From contig JAXSPP010000007.1 of NCBI GenBank assembly GCA_037927135.1, positions 32,001-96,000 of the forward strand: 64,000 nucleotides of DNA. The letters are read 5' to 3'. How positions within the stretch are numbered: the stretch's first letter is position 1; each line of letters begins with the position of its first letter. Position numbers and translations under genes: made by a program. This stretch comes from Candidatus Pampinifervens sinense (GTDB taxonomy: Bacteria > Aquificota > Aquificia > Aquificales > Aquificaceae). The notes beneath the pieces are model-generated. The model ran no database searches. It was not told the DNA's origin and was given only the letters and a program-made list of their open reading frames with translations. Positions 1 through 10,993 of the stretch are shown here, piece after piece.

Positions 1-297
1 GGTGCTGGAACCCTTAGAATTTTGAGGGTTCATATACTACCCAATGCCTACTACTACCTTATAGTGTCTGCCACCCTTTCTTTCCCGGGCTACATACTGG
101 CCGAGGCCTCTTTGAGCTTTTTGGGCCTTGGCATACAAGAACCTTACCCAAGCTGGGGCAACATGCTTTCTGATGCAAGAAATGTAAACCTAATCTCCGC
201 CCATCCTTGGATACTTTCTCCCGGTGTAGCTTTATTTTTGGTAGTTCTATCTTTTAATCTTTTGGGAGATAACCTTTTAAAGGGTGAGAAAAGATGA
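1..297 (+). CDS. Peptide ABC transporter permease (OppC/DppC family), 5' end outside window
   Basis: HILPNA...ILAEASLSFLGLG..P.PSWG.ML...FNLLGD signature; frame open to window edge. Confidence 0.85.
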   Translation, partial: GAGTLRILRVHILPNAYYYLIVSATLSFPGYILAEASLSFLGLGIQEPYPSWGNMLSDARNVNLISAHPWILSPGVALFLVVLSFNLLGDNLLKGEKR

Positions 298-1040
298 AGG
301 ATATATTGGCCCTTGTGGAAGAGAACACGTATATATCTGGAAGGCTCTACCTTTTGAAGGTTTTGGCTCCAGAGATAGCAAAAGATATAAAGGCTGGGCA
401 TTTTGTAATGGTAAAGGTCTCCAACAGTCTTGACCCTATGGGCAGAAGAGCCTTTGCTGTGGCCGATGTAAGAGGTGATAGTCTTCTCATCTTTTACGAC
501 CTTGTGGGAAGAGGAACAAAAATACTTTCGGAGTTAAAGAAAGGAGAAAGGCTCTGGATTCTTGGACCTCTTGGAAAAGGGCTTTTCTCATACGAGGGTG
601 ATAGACATCTTCTCTTAGGTGGTGGCGTGGGCCTTGCGGGCCTCACTTTGCTTGGAAAAGAGCTAAGGAATATGGGCAAAAAGGTCCTCTTTGTTTATGC
701 GGGAAGGTCAAAGGAACATCTTGGTATGGAAGATTGGCTAAAGGAAGAGGGCTTTGATTATATCCTTTACACAGATGACGGAAGCAAGGGTAAAAAGGGG
801 CTAATAACGGATGTGCTAAAGGAGTTTGATACATCTTGGATAGTCCATGCCTGTGGTCCAAAGGCTATGCTAAGGGCCCTAAAGAACATGAAGACGGGCC
901 ACAGGATGTATTTTTCTCTTGAAAGCAGGATGGCCTGCGGTTGGGGTGTTTGTCTGGGCTGTGTGGTCCAAACTAGGGAGGGCTACAAGAGGGTATGCTA
1001 TGAAGGTCCAGTCTTTTCTTCCGAGGAGGTGATCTTCTGA
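294..1040 (+). CDS. pyrK: Dihydroorotate dehydrogenase electron transfer subunit
   Basis: GPLGKG, GGGVG, ACGP and ESRMACGWGVCLGC...RVC.EGPVF 2Fe-2S motif. Confidence 0.9.
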   Translation: MKDILALVEENTYISGRLYLLKVLAPEIAKDIKAGHFVMVKVSNSLDPMGRRAFAVADVRGDSLLIFYDLVGRGTKILSELKKGERLWILGPLGKGLFSYEGDRHLLLGGGVGLAGLTLLGKELRNMGKKVLFVYAGRSKEHLGMEDWLKEEGFDYILYTDDGSKGKKGLITDVLKEFDTSWIVHACGPKAMLRALKNMKTGHRMYFSLESRMACGWGVCLGCVVQTREGYKRVCYEGPVFSSEEVIF

Positions 1041-1663
1041 TGTTTACTGGCCTTGTGGAAAAGGTAGGTGTTGTAGAGAGTTTAAGGAGTGGAAGGCTAA
1101 CAGTTAGGGCTGGCTTTGATGAGGTGAAGGTAGGTGATAGCATAGCGGTAAACGGTGTGTGCTTAACAGTTGTAAAGATAGAAAAAGATAGGCTTTCCTT
1201 TGACCTCTCTGAAGAGACGCTAAGCAGGAGCAATTTAAGGCTCTTAAAGCCTGGAGACTTTGTGAATTTGGAAAGAGCTTTAAGAGCTTCCGATAGGTTA
1301 GGTGGCCACATACTTCAGGGCCACGTGGACTTTACAGCACCTATAGTGGAGCTTATAAGGAGGGGAGAGCATTGGTCCCTAAAGGTGAGGATAAAGGAGG
1401 GCTACGAGGTTTATTTTGTAGAAAAGGGTTCTGTTGGTATAGATGGTATTAGTCTAACGATAAACAGAATAGAAAGTGGCATTATCCACATAAATATAAT
1501 CCCTCACACCTATGAAAATACCAATTTAAAAGTGAGAAAGCCTGGAGATATGGTGAACGTAGAAGTGGATATTATAGGGAAGTATGTTGTAAATTATCTG
1601 AGAAGTATTGGCAAGGGTAATTTGCAAAGTTTATTGGAAGGTCTTTATAATATAGACCCATGA
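1040..1663 (+). CDS. ribE: Riboflavin synthase alpha chain
   Basis: MFTGLVE start, GDSIAVNGVCLTV, VNLERAL, GGHILQGHVD. Confidence 0.95.
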   Translation: MFTGLVEKVGVVESLRSGRLTVRAGFDEVKVGDSIAVNGVCLTVVKIEKDRLSFDLSEETLSRSNLRLLKPGDFVNLERALRASDRLGGHILQGHVDFTAPIVELIRRGEHWSLKVRIKEGYEVYFVEKGSVGIDGISLTINRIESGIIHINIIPHTYENTNLKVRKPGDMVNVEVDIIGKYVVNYLRSIGKGNLQSLLEGLYNIDP

Positions 1664-2874
1664 ACGTAATTTGTAAGCAAGCTATTTACAATAGAGAGGG
1701 GAAGGTGGCCTTCTATGAGATATTTCTGCAAGATAGAAGAACTGGAAGATATCCTGAAAACTTTGACCCTCTTAAGGCTACAAGCATAGCCATAGATGTA
1801 TTGGTGGAGATAGGCCCGCAGAATGTGGGTGGAGGTAAGCTGGTTTTTGTTAATGTTCCAGCCATATTCCTTGAAGCTTCCATGTTTGACCTTCTTTCTC
1901 CAAAGTATGTAGGCATTGAACTTGTAGAAAACAAAAGGCTGACCAATACGCTGTTAGAGGCCATAGAGGTGCTTGTAAAACGCGGTTTTAAGTTTTGCAT
2001 AGACGATTTTGGCTTTGAAAAGATTGACTATCTGCCGCTTTTAAATAAATGTCATTTTGTAAAGATAAACATAAAGGACAATCCTTATAATCAAGAGGAA
2101 TTAAAAGAGGTTATAAGCATATTAAAAAGCCTTAAAAAAGGTATAATAGCTAAAAACATTGAATCAAAGGAGGATTATGAGAACGCCTATCAGTTAGGCT
2201 TTGAATATTTCCAAGGGAATTATCTTTCAAGGCCTGTTATGGTCAAGGATACACGCACCATATCTTTCTTAAAATCAACCATAATAAAAATATACGATGC
2301 TATAAAAGCAAGAAACATTAAAAAGGTGATTGATATAATAGAAAAGGATGTAGGAGTAACATATAAACTGCTTAAGTTTGTAAATTCTGCATATTTTCCC
2401 AAGATAAGGGAGTTTAGTAATGTGGAGGAGGCTGTAGTTTATTTAGGCCTTGAGAATGTGGCAAAGTTTGTTATAGTTTTGGCTTTGTCCGATATGTTTG
2501 CCGATGAGGAAGAAAAGAAGCTGTGGAAAAGGGCACTATTTAGGGCAAGCCTTGGAGAAAAGATTGCGGAAATATATTCAAAGGAGGTAAAGGATAAGGC
2601 TTATCTTATGGGGCTATTTTCCCTCTCATGGGAGATCTTTGGTCAAAAGCCAGCAGACCTTGCAAGGGCTTTAGCCCTAGATGGAGAGATAGTGGAAGCT
2701 TATGAAAACAGGCTTAGCTTGCTGGGTTTTATACTTTCCCTTATAGAACTTTTGGAGGAGAGTGGAAACGAGGATACGATAGGGAAGGTAGCTAAAGTTT
2801 TGGAAACACAGCAGGATAAGGTAAAAAGAATGATTGAAGAGGCTAGGATGGAAGCGGAAAGGTTTATAGATTAA
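1660..2874 (+). CDS. EAL + HDOD domain protein (YuxH/PdeH-like, partly degenerate)
   Basis: QAIY...YEIF, FVNV, IELVE, IDDFG, FQGNYLSRP, followed by HDOD-type KDVGVTYKLLKFVNSAYF. Confidence 0.8.
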   Translation: MNVICKQAIYNREGKVAFYEIFLQDRRTGRYPENFDPLKATSIAIDVLVEIGPQNVGGGKLVFVNVPAIFLEASMFDLLSPKYVGIELVENKRLTNTLLEAIEVLVKRGFKFCIDDFGFEKIDYLPLLNKCHFVKINIKDNPYNQEELKEVISILKSLKKGIIAKNIESKEDYENAYQLGFEYFQGNYLSRPVMVKDTRTISFLKSTIIKIYDAIKARNIKKVIDIIEKDVGVTYKLLKFVNSAYFPKIREFSNVEEAVVYLGLENVAKFVIVLALSDMFADEEEKKLWKRALFRASLGEKIAEIYSKEVKDKAYLMGLFSLSWEIFGQKPADLARALALDGEIVEAYENRLSLLGFILSLIELLEESGNEDTIGKVAKVLETQQDKVKRMIEEARMEAERFID

Positions 2875-3788
2875 TCTGTTGCATAACTATGAAGTCCTGG
2901 GAAGAAGAGGTTTACCGCAAAGAAGCATATGAGCACGGTTATAAATCCGAAGACCACCATCCAAGCCGTTCTTTTACCTCTCCAGCCAAGCATCTGCCTT
3001 GCATGTAGATAGGCCCCGAAAAACAGCCATACTATAAGGGACCAAACCTCTTTAGGATCCCAGCTCCAATATCCTCCCCACGCTTCATTGGCCCATGCAG
3101 CACCAAAGATTATGGAAGCAGTCCATATGGGAAAGACTATGACTATGGATTTATAGGTTATCTCATCAAGTATCTCCTTAGAAGGCAAAGGAAGTTTAGG
3201 AAACTTATCCTTTAGAAGATAAAGAAGGGCTCCACCAAAACCTACAGTAAAACCAGCATAGCCTGTAAAGGCGGTAACCACATGAAGATAGAGCCAATAG
3301 CTCCTTAGGGCGGGCACTAAAGGTGTTATCTCCTTTGAGGCGTAAAAGATGGCAAAGGCTGAAAGGAACAAGATTATTGGAACAACAAAAGCTCCAAGAA
3401 GTCTTATTCCATACTTTCTTTCAACGATTAGATATATAAAGCCTACTACAAAGCTCCAAAAGGTCAAAGCCTCAAAAAGGTTGCTCCAAGGTGGATGGGG
3501 GACACCGAGCTCATAAGTCTGTATGGTCCTTCTTACCATACCAGCAAGGTTAAGGATAAGGCCAGCATAAAGACTAAAAGAAGCCAAGCTTTGGATGAGT
3601 CTGTCGCGCAAAAGCACTGTGCTAAGGTATATTATTGCAGATAAGGCATAGGCTAACGTGGCAGACTTATACCAGAAGGTATTCTCTACCTTTAGAAGCC
3701 CTAGGCCTGCGCCTGCAAAGAATAAAAAAAGCCAGTAGAAAAGACCGTTTATCTTATAGGAAGCCTTTTCAACAAATACCTCGCGCAT
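2871..3788 (-). CDS. ccsA: Cytochrome c biogenesis protein CcsA/ResC
   Basis: WWD motif WANEAWGGYWSWDPKEVW, conserved His residues, GLHSY C-terminus. Confidence 0.93.
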   Translation of the reverse strand: MREVFVEKASYKINGLFYWLFLFFAGAGLGLLKVENTFWYKSATLAYALSAIIYLSTVLLRDRLIQSLASFSLYAGLILNLAGMVRRTIQTYELGVPHPPWSNLFEALTFWSFVVGFIYLIVERKYGIRLLGAFVVPIILFLSAFAIFYASKEITPLVPALRSYWLYLHVVTAFTGYAGFTVGFGGALLYLLKDKFPKLPLPSKEILDEITYKSIVIVFPIWTASIIFGAAWANEAWGGYWSWDPKEVWSLIVWLFFGAYLHARQMLGWRGKRTAWMVVFGFITVLICFFAVNLFFPGLHSYATD

Positions 3789-3806
3789 AGTATCTATAAA
3801 TATAGT

Positions 3807-4253
3807 CTACTTTTGTGGTTTTACATCCACTTTTATAAACACGCTCACCTCGGGATGAAGCTTCAACTCTACAGTGTATATGCCTATCTCCTTTATAGGG
3901 TTCCTTAGCATAACCTTCTTCCTATCCACATCAAAGCCCTTTTCTTGCAAAGCCTGCGCTATGTCTTGAGTTGTAACAGATCCAAAGAGCTTTCCCTTTT
4001 CTCCCACCTGCTTGAAGATCTCCAACACCATACCCTCCAATCTTTTTGCAAGCTCCAGCGCCTTTTCCTTTTCTCTTTGTAGTTTTCTAGCCTTTTGAGC
4101 CATTATAGTTCTTACATGTTTTAGGTTGCTTTCAGTAGCGGGCAAGGCATAACCTCTTGGTATAAGATAGTTTCTTGCAAATCCATCCTTTACAGTTATG
4201 ACATCTCCAAAGACACCATAACCCTCTAGATCCTTTATGAGCACCACCTTCAT
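3807..4253 (-). CDS. rplI: 50S ribosomal protein L9
   Basis: MKVVL...VKDGFARNYLIP, GKLFGSVT; AGGAGG SD before ATG 4253. Confidence 0.97.
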   Translation of the reverse strand: MKVVLIKDLEGYGVFGDVITVKDGFARNYLIPRGYALPATESNLKHVRTIMAQKARKLQREKEKALELAKRLEGMVLEIFKQVGEKGKLFGSVTTQDIAQALQEKGFDVDRKKVMLRNPIKEIGIYTVELKLHPEVSVFIKVDVKPQK

Positions 4254-4265
4254 GGCCAAACCTCC

Positions 4266-4487
4266 TTAGATTATTAGGTAAGGCAACAAAGCTAGCTGTC
4301 TTGCCCTCTTTATCTCTCTTGAAAGTAATCTCTGGTGCTTTGCACACACGCCAGTCTGCCTTCTCCCTATTATCTTACCCCTTTCTGAAAGGAACTTTCT
4401 TAGCTCTTCGTATTCCTTATAGCTTGGATTCTTTTTAGCCTCACAAAAGGGACACACCTTTTTAGCAGGCTTCTTAATTATCTCCAT
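4266..4487 (-). CDS. rpsR: 30S ribosomal protein S18 (Zn-binding type)
   Basis: CPFC...[15 protein letters not shown]...IKRAR.LALLPY. Confidence 0.97.
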   Translation of the reverse strand: MEIIKKPAKKVCPFCEAKKNPSYKEYEELRKFLSERGKIIGRRQTGVCAKHQRLLSREIKRARQLALLPYLII

Positions 4488-4498
4488 GATACACCTCC

Positions 4499-4927
4499 TT
4501 AAAAGGGTATTTCATCATCCTCCGAAGTAAAAGGCTTTTCTGGAAGCTCCTCTGGAAAGGGCTCCTCTTCCTTTAAAACTACCTCCTCCGTAGGCCCTTC
4601 CATTTTGGGCTTATTGATTATCCTAACACCCTCCGCCACTATGCGCACCTTGCTTTGCAGCTTTCCTTCCTTATCAGTCCACCGGTCCTGCACAAGCCTT
4701 CCTTCTACCACCACCGTATAACCCTTTGATATACGCGTTCCTACGCTTTCTGCAAGCTTTCCATAAGCCTTAACTTCAAAAAAGTGGCTTTCCTCCTTCC
4801 ATACCTCTCCTACCATATACCTTCTGTTGTAGGCAAGAACAAACTCCGCTATCTGCGTTCCGGACGGTAGGTACCTTATGACAGGATCCTTTATAAGCCT
4901 TCCTATTATTATTACCCTATTGAGCAA
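4499..4927 (-). CDS. ssb: Single-stranded DNA-binding protein
   Basis: [23 protein letters not shown] tail; rpsF-ssb-rpsR order. Confidence 0.97.
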   Translation of the reverse strand: MLNRVIIIGRLIKDPVIRYLPSGTQIAEFVLAYNRRYMVGEVWKEESHFFEVKAYGKLAESVGTRISKGYTVVVEGRLVQDRWTDKEGKLQSKVRIVAEGVRIINKPKMEGPTEEVVLKEEEPFPEELPEKPFTSEDDEIPF

Positions 4928-5255
4928 CTTGGCTTACCTCAGATTTCTTAAGCTTCATATTTAGCCAGCGTATGACATCGTCGTTGATCTTATAGTAGAA
5001 ATCAAGATCGTTGGGAAGGTCGGTATTTTCCGATCTTATCAAAAGGATAAAGTACCTTCCATAGTGAAAGCGCTGTATCGGATAGGCAAGCTGTTTTGTT
5101 CCCCAATCGGTAATGTTGAGCACCTCTCCACCCTTCTTCTGTATAAAATCTTTAAGCTCCTGAAGCCTTCTTTGGACCTCTTCTTCCGTAAGGGTAGGCT
5201 TAAAGACCACAACGCTCTCATAATAGCGTTCCGTTTCATAATACCTTCTTCCCAT
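4917..5255 (-). CDS. rpsF: 30S ribosomal protein S6
   Basis: YESVVVF.P, WG.KQLAYPI, VIR; operon context. Confidence 0.95.
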   Translation of the reverse strand: MGRRYYETERYYESVVVFKPTLTEEEVQRRLQELKDFIQKKGGEVLNITDWGTKQLAYPIQRFHYGRYFILLIRSENTDLPNDLDFYYKINDDVIRWLNMKLKKSEVSQVAQ

Positions 5256-5258
5256 ACT

Positions 5259-5308
5259 TCACCTCCTGGGCTTTAATGGTCCCCGCCCTAAGGGCGGGAA
5301 CGAGGTGA
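5259..5308 (-). ncRNA. rpsF leader (S6:S18-binding type) cis-regulatory RNA
   Basis: Minus strand: TCACCTC (5308-5302) pairs with SD-containing GAGGTGA (5265-5259); inner hairpin CCCGCCC-TTA-GGGCGGG; unpaired CCC just before the SD; extended -10 TGtTATAAT at 5323-5315. Confidence 0.7.
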
Positions 5309-5326
5309 TATATCATTATAACATAA

Positions 5327-6994
5327 CTAAGCTTCCAAAACGGCACCCTTAGAAGCAGAGGTTACAAGCTTCATATACCTTCTTAGCCATGGACTTTTTA
5401 CTTCCTTCTGTATGGGCTTGAAGTTCTCCATTCTCCTTTTGAACTCCTCCTCTGGTATGAGAAGCTCTATCCTTCTGTTTGGTATGTCTATGAGTATCTC
5501 ATCTCCATCTTGGACTATACCAATGGGACCTCCGCTGGCCGCTTCTGGAGATACGTGCCCCACACAAGCTCCCCTTGTGCCACCTGAAAACCTTCCATCG
5601 GTTATAAGGGCCACCTTGTCCCCAAGACCCATTCCCATTATGGCAGAGGTGGGAGAGAGCATCTCCCTCATGCCGGGGCCACCCTTTGGCCCCTCATACC
5701 TTATGACCACCACATGGCCTGGCTTTACCTTCCCACCCAGTATACCCTCTATAGCCTCCTCTTCAGAGTTAAAGCATATGGCCTTTCCTTTGAAGACAAG
5801 CATTTTAGGATCTACTCCGGCCGTCTTTACCACTGCACCCTCTGGAGCCAAATTGCCAAAGAGTATGGCTATACCACCTTCCCTTGAGTATGGGTCTTCT
5901 ATCCTTCTTATCACCTCTCCGTCCGCATCCGGTGCCTCTTGAGCTATTTCCCTCAAGGTCTTTAGGCTGACCGTTAGTTTATCCGGATAGGGCAAGTACC
6001 CACCCCTTATGAGCTCTTTAAGAAGGGTGGGAATACCGCCTACTCTGTCTAGGTCTTCTATATGATAGGATGAGGCTGGTGAAATCTTACACAAGGTTGG
6101 TGTCCTTTTTGATATCTCGTTTATCCTTGAAAGGTCATACTCAATGCCCGCTTCCCTTGCTATGGCCAAAAGGTGGAGTATGGTGTTGGAAGAACCTCCC
6201 ATGGCAATATCTACAGCAAAGGCATTATCAAAGGCCTCCACCGTGAGAATGTCCCTTGGTCTTATGTTCCTCCTTAAAAGTTCCATTATCTGCCTTGCTG
6301 CCTTCCTTGCCAAAATCTCCCTTCTTGGGTCCACCGCAGGTATGGTGCCGTTGCCGGGAAGGCCAAGGCCAAGCACTTCCGTAATACAGTTCATAGAGTT
6401 AGCAGTAAACATACCAGAACAGCTACCACAGGTAGGGCAAGCTTGCTCTTCTATAAGCTTTAATTCCCTTTCTGTGATCTTTCCAGCCTTGAGCTGGCCA
6501 ATGCCTTCAAAGACGCTGATTAGGTCCACTTTTTTGCCGTTGATCTCTCCTGCCAGCATGGGCCCACCGCTTATAAAGATGGTGGGTATGTTTAGCCTTG
6601 CGGCGGCCATGAGCATGCCGGGCACTATCTTGTCGCAGTTAGGAATGCATATCAAAGCATCAAGCTGGTGGGCCTCCACAACCGTTTCTATGGAGTCAGC
6701 TATTAATTCCCTTGAGGGTAAAGAGTAGTGCATACCATAGTGGCCCATGGCAATGCCATCGTCCACGCCTATCACATTGAACTCTATAGGCACACCACCA
6801 GCCTTACGAATTTCTTCTTTTATGGGCTGGACAAACTCCCTAAGGTGCACATGTCCAGGAATAATGTCTATGTAGGAGTTGGCTATACCGATAAGAGGCT
6901 TGTCAAAGTCCTCGTCGGAGAGGCCGCAGGCCCTAAGCAGAGCCCTATGGGGAGACCTTTCTATGCCCTTTTTGACCTTATCGCTTCTATACAT
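5327..6994 (-). CDS. ilvD: Dihydroxy-acid dehydratase
   Basis: [57 protein letters not shown] before ATG 6994. Confidence 0.97.
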   Translation of the reverse strand: MYRSDKVKKGIERSPHRALLRACGLSDEDFDKPLIGIANSYIDIIPGHVHLREFVQPIKEEIRKAGGVPIEFNVIGVDDGIAMGHYGMHYSLPSRELIADSIETVVEAHQLDALICIPNCDKIVPGMLMAAARLNIPTIFISGGPMLAGEINGKKVDLISVFEGIGQLKAGKITERELKLIEEQACPTCGSCSGMFTANSMNCITEVLGLGLPGNGTIPAVDPRREILARKAARQIMELLRRNIRPRDILTVEAFDNAFAVDIAMGGSSNTILHLLAIAREAGIEYDLSRINEISKRTPTLCKISPASSYHIEDLDRVGGIPTLLKELIRGGYLPYPDKLTVSLKTLREIAQEAPDADGEVIRRIEDPYSREGGIAILFGNLAPEGAVVKTAGVDPKMLVFKGKAICFNSEEEAIEGILGGKVKPGHVVVIRYEGPKGGPGMREMLSPTSAIMGMGLGDKVALITDGRFSGGTRGACVGHVSPEAASGGPIGIVQDGDEILIDIPNRRIELLIPEEEFKRRMENFKPIQKEVKSPWLRRYMKLVTSASKGAVLEA

Positions 6995-6995
6995 T

Positions 6996-7652
6996 TTAAT
7001 CACCTCCTCTGGACTCAAAAACCTTCATCTCAAGCCTTTGTATCCTTATAAGCATATCATCAATTATCTCTTTTTGAGATAAAGCCCTGTTTAGGTCTCC
7101 TCTTATCTTGGAAACCTCTATATAAAGGTAGTCAATCCTTTGGGTGTTCTGGGCAATCTCAGCTTTTAGCTCCGCTCTTGTCTCATCAATCCTTTTATTC
7201 ACATCGTCAATTCTTTTGTTTGTTTCATCAAGCCTTCTGTTAAGCTGGTCAATCCTTTGGGTGTTTTGGGCTATCTCAGATTTTAGTTCTATCCTAGTTT
7301 GATCAATCTCAGCTTTTAGTTCCGCTCTTGTTTTATCAATCTTTTCGTTTGTCTCGTCAATCCTTTTATTTACATCGTCAATCCTTTTGTTTGTATCATC
7401 AATCCTCTTGTTTGTCTCATCTATCCTTTGGTTGATGTATTCAAGCATCCTTTTTATCTCTCTCATCTCCGCCTCAAGGCTTTTCTGCCTTGACTCAAGG
7501 GAAGCCATCCTTTGATTTAAAGATTCCACAACGAGCCTAAAGCCCGCAAGCTCTCCGCTAACGGTGGCTTTGAAATCTCTAAATTCCTCCTTTAGCTCAC
7601 CTACTATAAGGTCCTTTAGTTTTTCTGCAAGCTTGTCTAAGTCCATAATCAC
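6996..7652 (-). CDS. Repeat-rich coiled-coil protein
   Basis: Tandem [14 protein letters not shown] heptads and IDxTRxELKxE hendecads; start overlaps nuoH stop. Confidence 0.8.
   Translation of the reverse strand: MIMDLDKLAEKLKDLIVGELKEEFRDFKATVSGELAGFRLVVESLNQRMASLESRQKSLEAEMREIKRMLEYINQRIDETNKRIDDTNKRIDDVNKRIDETNEKIDKTRAELKAEIDQTRIELKSEIAQNTQRIDQLNRRLDETNKRIDDVNKRIDETRAELKAEIAQNTQRIDYLYIEVSKIRGDLNRALSQKEIIDDMLIRIQRLEMKVFESRGGD
7132..7436. repeat. Intragenic 21-bp and 33-bp tandem repeats plus a larger internal duplication
   Basis: Recurrent tcaatccttttg/att units; block tcaatcctttgggtgtt.tgggc.atctcag occurs near 7132 and near 7249. Confidence 0.8.
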
Positions 7653-8656
7653 ATAATATAGGCCACTATAGCCGTTACTACCACATTAACAATGGATATA
7701 GGCAACATGATCTTCCAGCCTATCTCTGTTATGTCCCTTGCTTGAAACCTTGGCAGGGTCCAATGTAGCCAAAGGACAAAGAAGACAAGGGCAAACATCT
7801 TTATAAGGAACCAAAGGTAGGGGGAAAGGGGTCCAAAGATGGGTGGTCCAGACCAGCCACCAAAGAAGAGAACCACCGCAATGGCAGAAAGGGCCATCAC
7901 ATTCAGATACCACTCGGCCAAGGGAAAGACTCCAAACCTCATGCCTCCGTATTCCACGTTATAACCGGTTACCAGCTCCGCTTCCGCCTCCTGTATGTCA
8001 AAGGGTACTCTTCCCGATTCGGCCAGCATACAGAAAAGGTAAAGGACAAAGGCCACAGGCTGGTGGACTATAAACCAAACTCCTCTTTCTATCTGAGCCT
8101 GAACAATGCCAGTGGTGCTCATGGTGCCAGCCAATAGGATAACTCCAAGGACAGAAAAGCCAAGGACCACCTCATAGGAGATTATGACGGCAGACTTTCT
8201 TAAAGAGCCTATGAAGGCATACTTGGAGTTGGAAGCCCAACCTGAGAAGATGGTGCCATACACAGCCAAAGATCCAAAGGCAAAGACCAAAAGCAAGGCA
8301 ATGTTTACATCGGATATGATGGGCTTTATCTCATAGCCAAAGAGTTTAAAGCTTGGGCCAAAGGGGATTACAGAGAACAAAAGTAAAGATGGAGCCAAGG
8401 CCATGACAACGGCCAAATAATACACGGGCTTATCTGCATTCTGGGGCACTATGGACTCTTTGGTAAGGAGCTTGATACCGTCAGCCAAAGGTTGCAACAG
8501 TCCAAAAGGACCTACAAGCTTTGGCCCCATACGGGCCTGAATATGTCCCGCCAGTTTTCTTTCAAACCATGTAAGGTAGGCACCTAAACCTAAGAAGACA
8601 CCAAGGACAACAAGTATTTTTATGAGGGTTATAAGTATGGAAAGCCAGAGCTCCAT
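7649..8656 (-). CDS. nuoH: NADH-quinone oxidoreductase subunit H
   Basis: ERKLAGHIQARMGP, GLLQPLADGIKL, RVPFDIQEAEAELV.GY.VEY. Confidence 0.97.
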   Translation of the reverse strand: MELWLSILITLIKILVVLGVFLGLGAYLTWFERKLAGHIQARMGPKLVGPFGLLQPLADGIKLLTKESIVPQNADKPVYYLAVVMALAPSLLLFSVIPFGPSFKLFGYEIKPIISDVNIALLLVFAFGSLAVYGTIFSGWASNSKYAFIGSLRKSAVIISYEVVLGFSVLGVILLAGTMSTTGIVQAQIERGVWFIVHQPVAFVLYLFCMLAESGRVPFDIQEAEAELVTGYNVEYGGMRFGVFPLAEWYLNVMALSAIAVVLFFGGWSGPPIFGPLSPYLWFLIKMFALVFFVLWLHWTLPRFQARDITEIGWKIMLPISIVNVVVTAIVAYIM

Positions 8657-8667
8657 CTATAACCTCC

Positions 8668-10437
8668 TTACCTGTCCGTTTCTCCCACCACTGGGTCCAA
8701 ACTACCAAGAAGGGCTATAGCATCCGCTATAGTTCCGTCCTTTATAAGCTTTGGAAAGATGGAAAGGTTGTAAAAGGCTCCAGACCTGATCCTTAGTCTG
8801 TAGGGCTTGGAGCCACCTTTAGAGTATATGTAGAAGCCTAGCTCTCCCCTTGGGTTCTCTCCGCTGGCGTAGACTTCTCCCGGTGGTGCAGACTCTCCAT
8901 GAACCACTATACGGAAGTTCTTTACCATATCCTCAAGGGCCATAAAGACATCTTCCTTTGGTGCCATTACGGCAGGATGTTCCTTGTTTATGTATGGTGC
9001 AGACTTTGGAAGCTTTTCAAGCTTTGCCACACACTGCTCTATGATTCTCAAGCTTTGCACCATTTCTTCCATACGCACCAAGTATCTATCGTACACATCC
9101 CCCACCTCTCCCACTGGAATGTCAAACTCCACCTCATCGTAGGCAGCGTAAGGTTCAAGCTTTCTTATATCGTAAGGCACACCAGAGCCTCTTGCCACAG
9201 GACCTGTAAGGCCGTAATTGAAAACATCCTCCCTGCTTATAACTCCTATATCTTTGGTCCTTCTGAGCCATATACGGTTCCTCGTAAGAAGGTTGTGGTA
9301 TTCTTTTAGCCTGTTTGGAAAGTCTTTTATGAAGGCCTTTACCACATCAAGGGTTCCTTCCGCAAGGTCATAATGCACTCCTCCGATCCTCAGAAAGGCA
9401 GAGGTGAGCCTAAAGCCTGCGTTTCCTTCTATTATGTCCATTATCTTCTCCCTTTCTCTGAAGGCATAAAGAAAGACGGTCAATGCTCCAAGGTCCAAAG
9501 CTCCTGTGCCAAGCCAAAGAAGATGGGAGTTTATCCTCTGTAGCTCTGCAAACATGGTTCTGATGTATCTGGCCTTCTCTGGAACTTCTACACCTAGAAG
9601 CTTTTCCACAGCCGTCACGTAAGAAAGCTCATTGCATATAGCGGAGATGTAATCCATCCTGTCTGTGTAGGGTAAAAACTGGAAATAATAAAGGTTTTCC
9701 GCTATCTTTTCCATTCCCCTGTGGAGCTGTCCGAGGATGATGTCCGATTGGACTACCCTTTCTCCATCCAAGTCAAACAGAAACCATATGGTTCCATGTG
9801 TTCCCGGATGTAAAGGCCCCCAGTTTAAAACCAGCTGTGCCTTCTTTTGTAGCCTTGATTTTTCTGTTCTTTCTAGGTCCTCAAGGGTAGCTATGCGCGT
9901 GTGCATCACCTCATAGTCATGGCTTGGTGGCTCCGTCCTTCCTGCATATAGTTCTGTCAAGGATGGAAGCTCCACTTCTGGAAAGCCTTCAAGGGGAAAG
10001 TCCTTTCTCAAAGGATGGTAAGGATAGCCCTCCCACATAAACATCCTTCTTAGGTTCTCATGGCCTTCATACTCCACTCCAAACATATCGTAGGCTTCCC
10101 TTTCGGCCCACTTTGCACAGGGCCAGAGCTTTTCAATAGATGGGAGCTTGCCATCCTTTGCCCAAGTTTTAACGATAACCCTCTCGTTTGTATCCGGGTT
10201 ATAGAGTATGTATATGCCCTGGAATCTTTCCCTCTTCTCCGGAAAGTCTATGCATGTGTGGTCTATAAAATGTCTGTAGCCTTCCCTCTCCTTTAGATGT
10301 TTGAGGAGGTCTATCAACCTTTCCTGTTTTACATGCAAGTTAGTGGTGTGCTTTGTAAATTCAATCTCCACATCCTTGAACTCAAACTTTATCCTGTCGG
10401 CGGTAGCTCTGTTCATCCAAGGCATAGCATACCTCAC
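8668..10437 (-). CDS. nuoCD: NADH-quinone oxidoreductase fused subunit C/D
   Basis: [19 protein letters not shown] (NuoC) followed by [25 protein letters not shown] (NuoD). Confidence 0.95.
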   Translation of the reverse strand: MRYAMPWMNRATADRIKFEFKDVEIEFTKHTTNLHVKQERLIDLLKHLKEREGYRHFIDHTCIDFPEKRERFQGIYILYNPDTNERVIVKTWAKDGKLPSIEKLWPCAKWAEREAYDMFGVEYEGHENLRRMFMWEGYPYHPLRKDFPLEGFPEVELPSLTELYAGRTEPPSHDYEVMHTRIATLEDLERTEKSRLQKKAQLVLNWGPLHPGTHGTIWFLFDLDGERVVQSDIILGQLHRGMEKIAENLYYFQFLPYTDRMDYISAICNELSYVTAVEKLLGVEVPEKARYIRTMFAELQRINSHLLWLGTGALDLGALTVFLYAFREREKIMDIIEGNAGFRLTSAFLRIGGVHYDLAEGTLDVVKAFIKDFPNRLKEYHNLLTRNRIWLRRTKDIGVISREDVFNYGLTGPVARGSGVPYDIRKLEPYAAYDEVEFDIPVGEVGDVYDRYLVRMEEMVQSLRIIEQCVAKLEKLPKSAPYINKEHPAVMAPKEDVFMALEDMVKNFRIVVHGESAPPGEVYASGENPRGELGFYIYSKGGSKPYRLRIRSGAFYNLSIFPKLIKDGTIADAIALLGSLDPVVGETDR

Positions 10438-10970
10438 ACGGCTATTTCTCTAGGAATAAGTCCTTGGCGTTCTAAATCCCTCCTAAACTCCTCAAAGGCT
10501 TTATCGTACTTTTTGACACCCTTTTCCTTTATCTTCTTCTGTAGCTGTAGTATGCCGTAGAGTAGGCCCTGTGGATGAGGTGGACAACCAGGTATGTAGA
10601 CATCCACGGGTATTATTCTGTCCACACCTTGAAGGGTTGCATAGGTAGGGAAGGGTCCACCTGCCGATGCACAGCCACCCATTGATATACACCACTTTGG
10701 ATCGGGCATCTGCTCCCACAAAAGCTTTAGCATTGGGGCTACCTTGTTTACCACCGTGCCAGCCACTATTAAAAGGTCTGCTTGCCTTGGAGAGGCTCTA
10801 AAGATAACGCCTAGCCTGTCAAGGTCAAACCTTGAGGCCGCTGTATGCATCATCTCTATAGCACAGCAGGCAAGACCTATTGTTAAAGGCCAAAGGGCAT
10901 TACGCCTTCCCCAGCTCAAAAGCTCATCTACTGTAGTCAAAACAAAGCCATTAGAATTTAACATAGCCAT
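10434..10970 (-). CDS. nuoB: NADH-quinone oxidoreductase subunit B
   Basis: [28 protein letters not shown]. Confidence 0.97.
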   Translation of the reverse strand: MAMLNSNGFVLTTVDELLSWGRRNALWPLTIGLACCAIEMMHTAASRFDLDRLGVIFRASPRQADLLIVAGTVVNKVAPMLKLLWEQMPDPKWCISMGGCASAGGPFPTYATLQGVDRIIPVDVYIPGCPPHPQGLLYGILQLQKKIKEKGVKKYDKAFEEFRRDLERQGLIPREIAV

Positions 10971-10993
10971 GTTATTACCTCCTCAATATAAAT

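Noticed and set aside
5412-7051. Long antisense ORFs (176, 194 and 107 aa) over ilvD, and similar ones opposite other genes
   Set aside because: Shadow frames of conserved genes; Ser/Pro/Leu-rich with no motifs or ribosome-binding sites.
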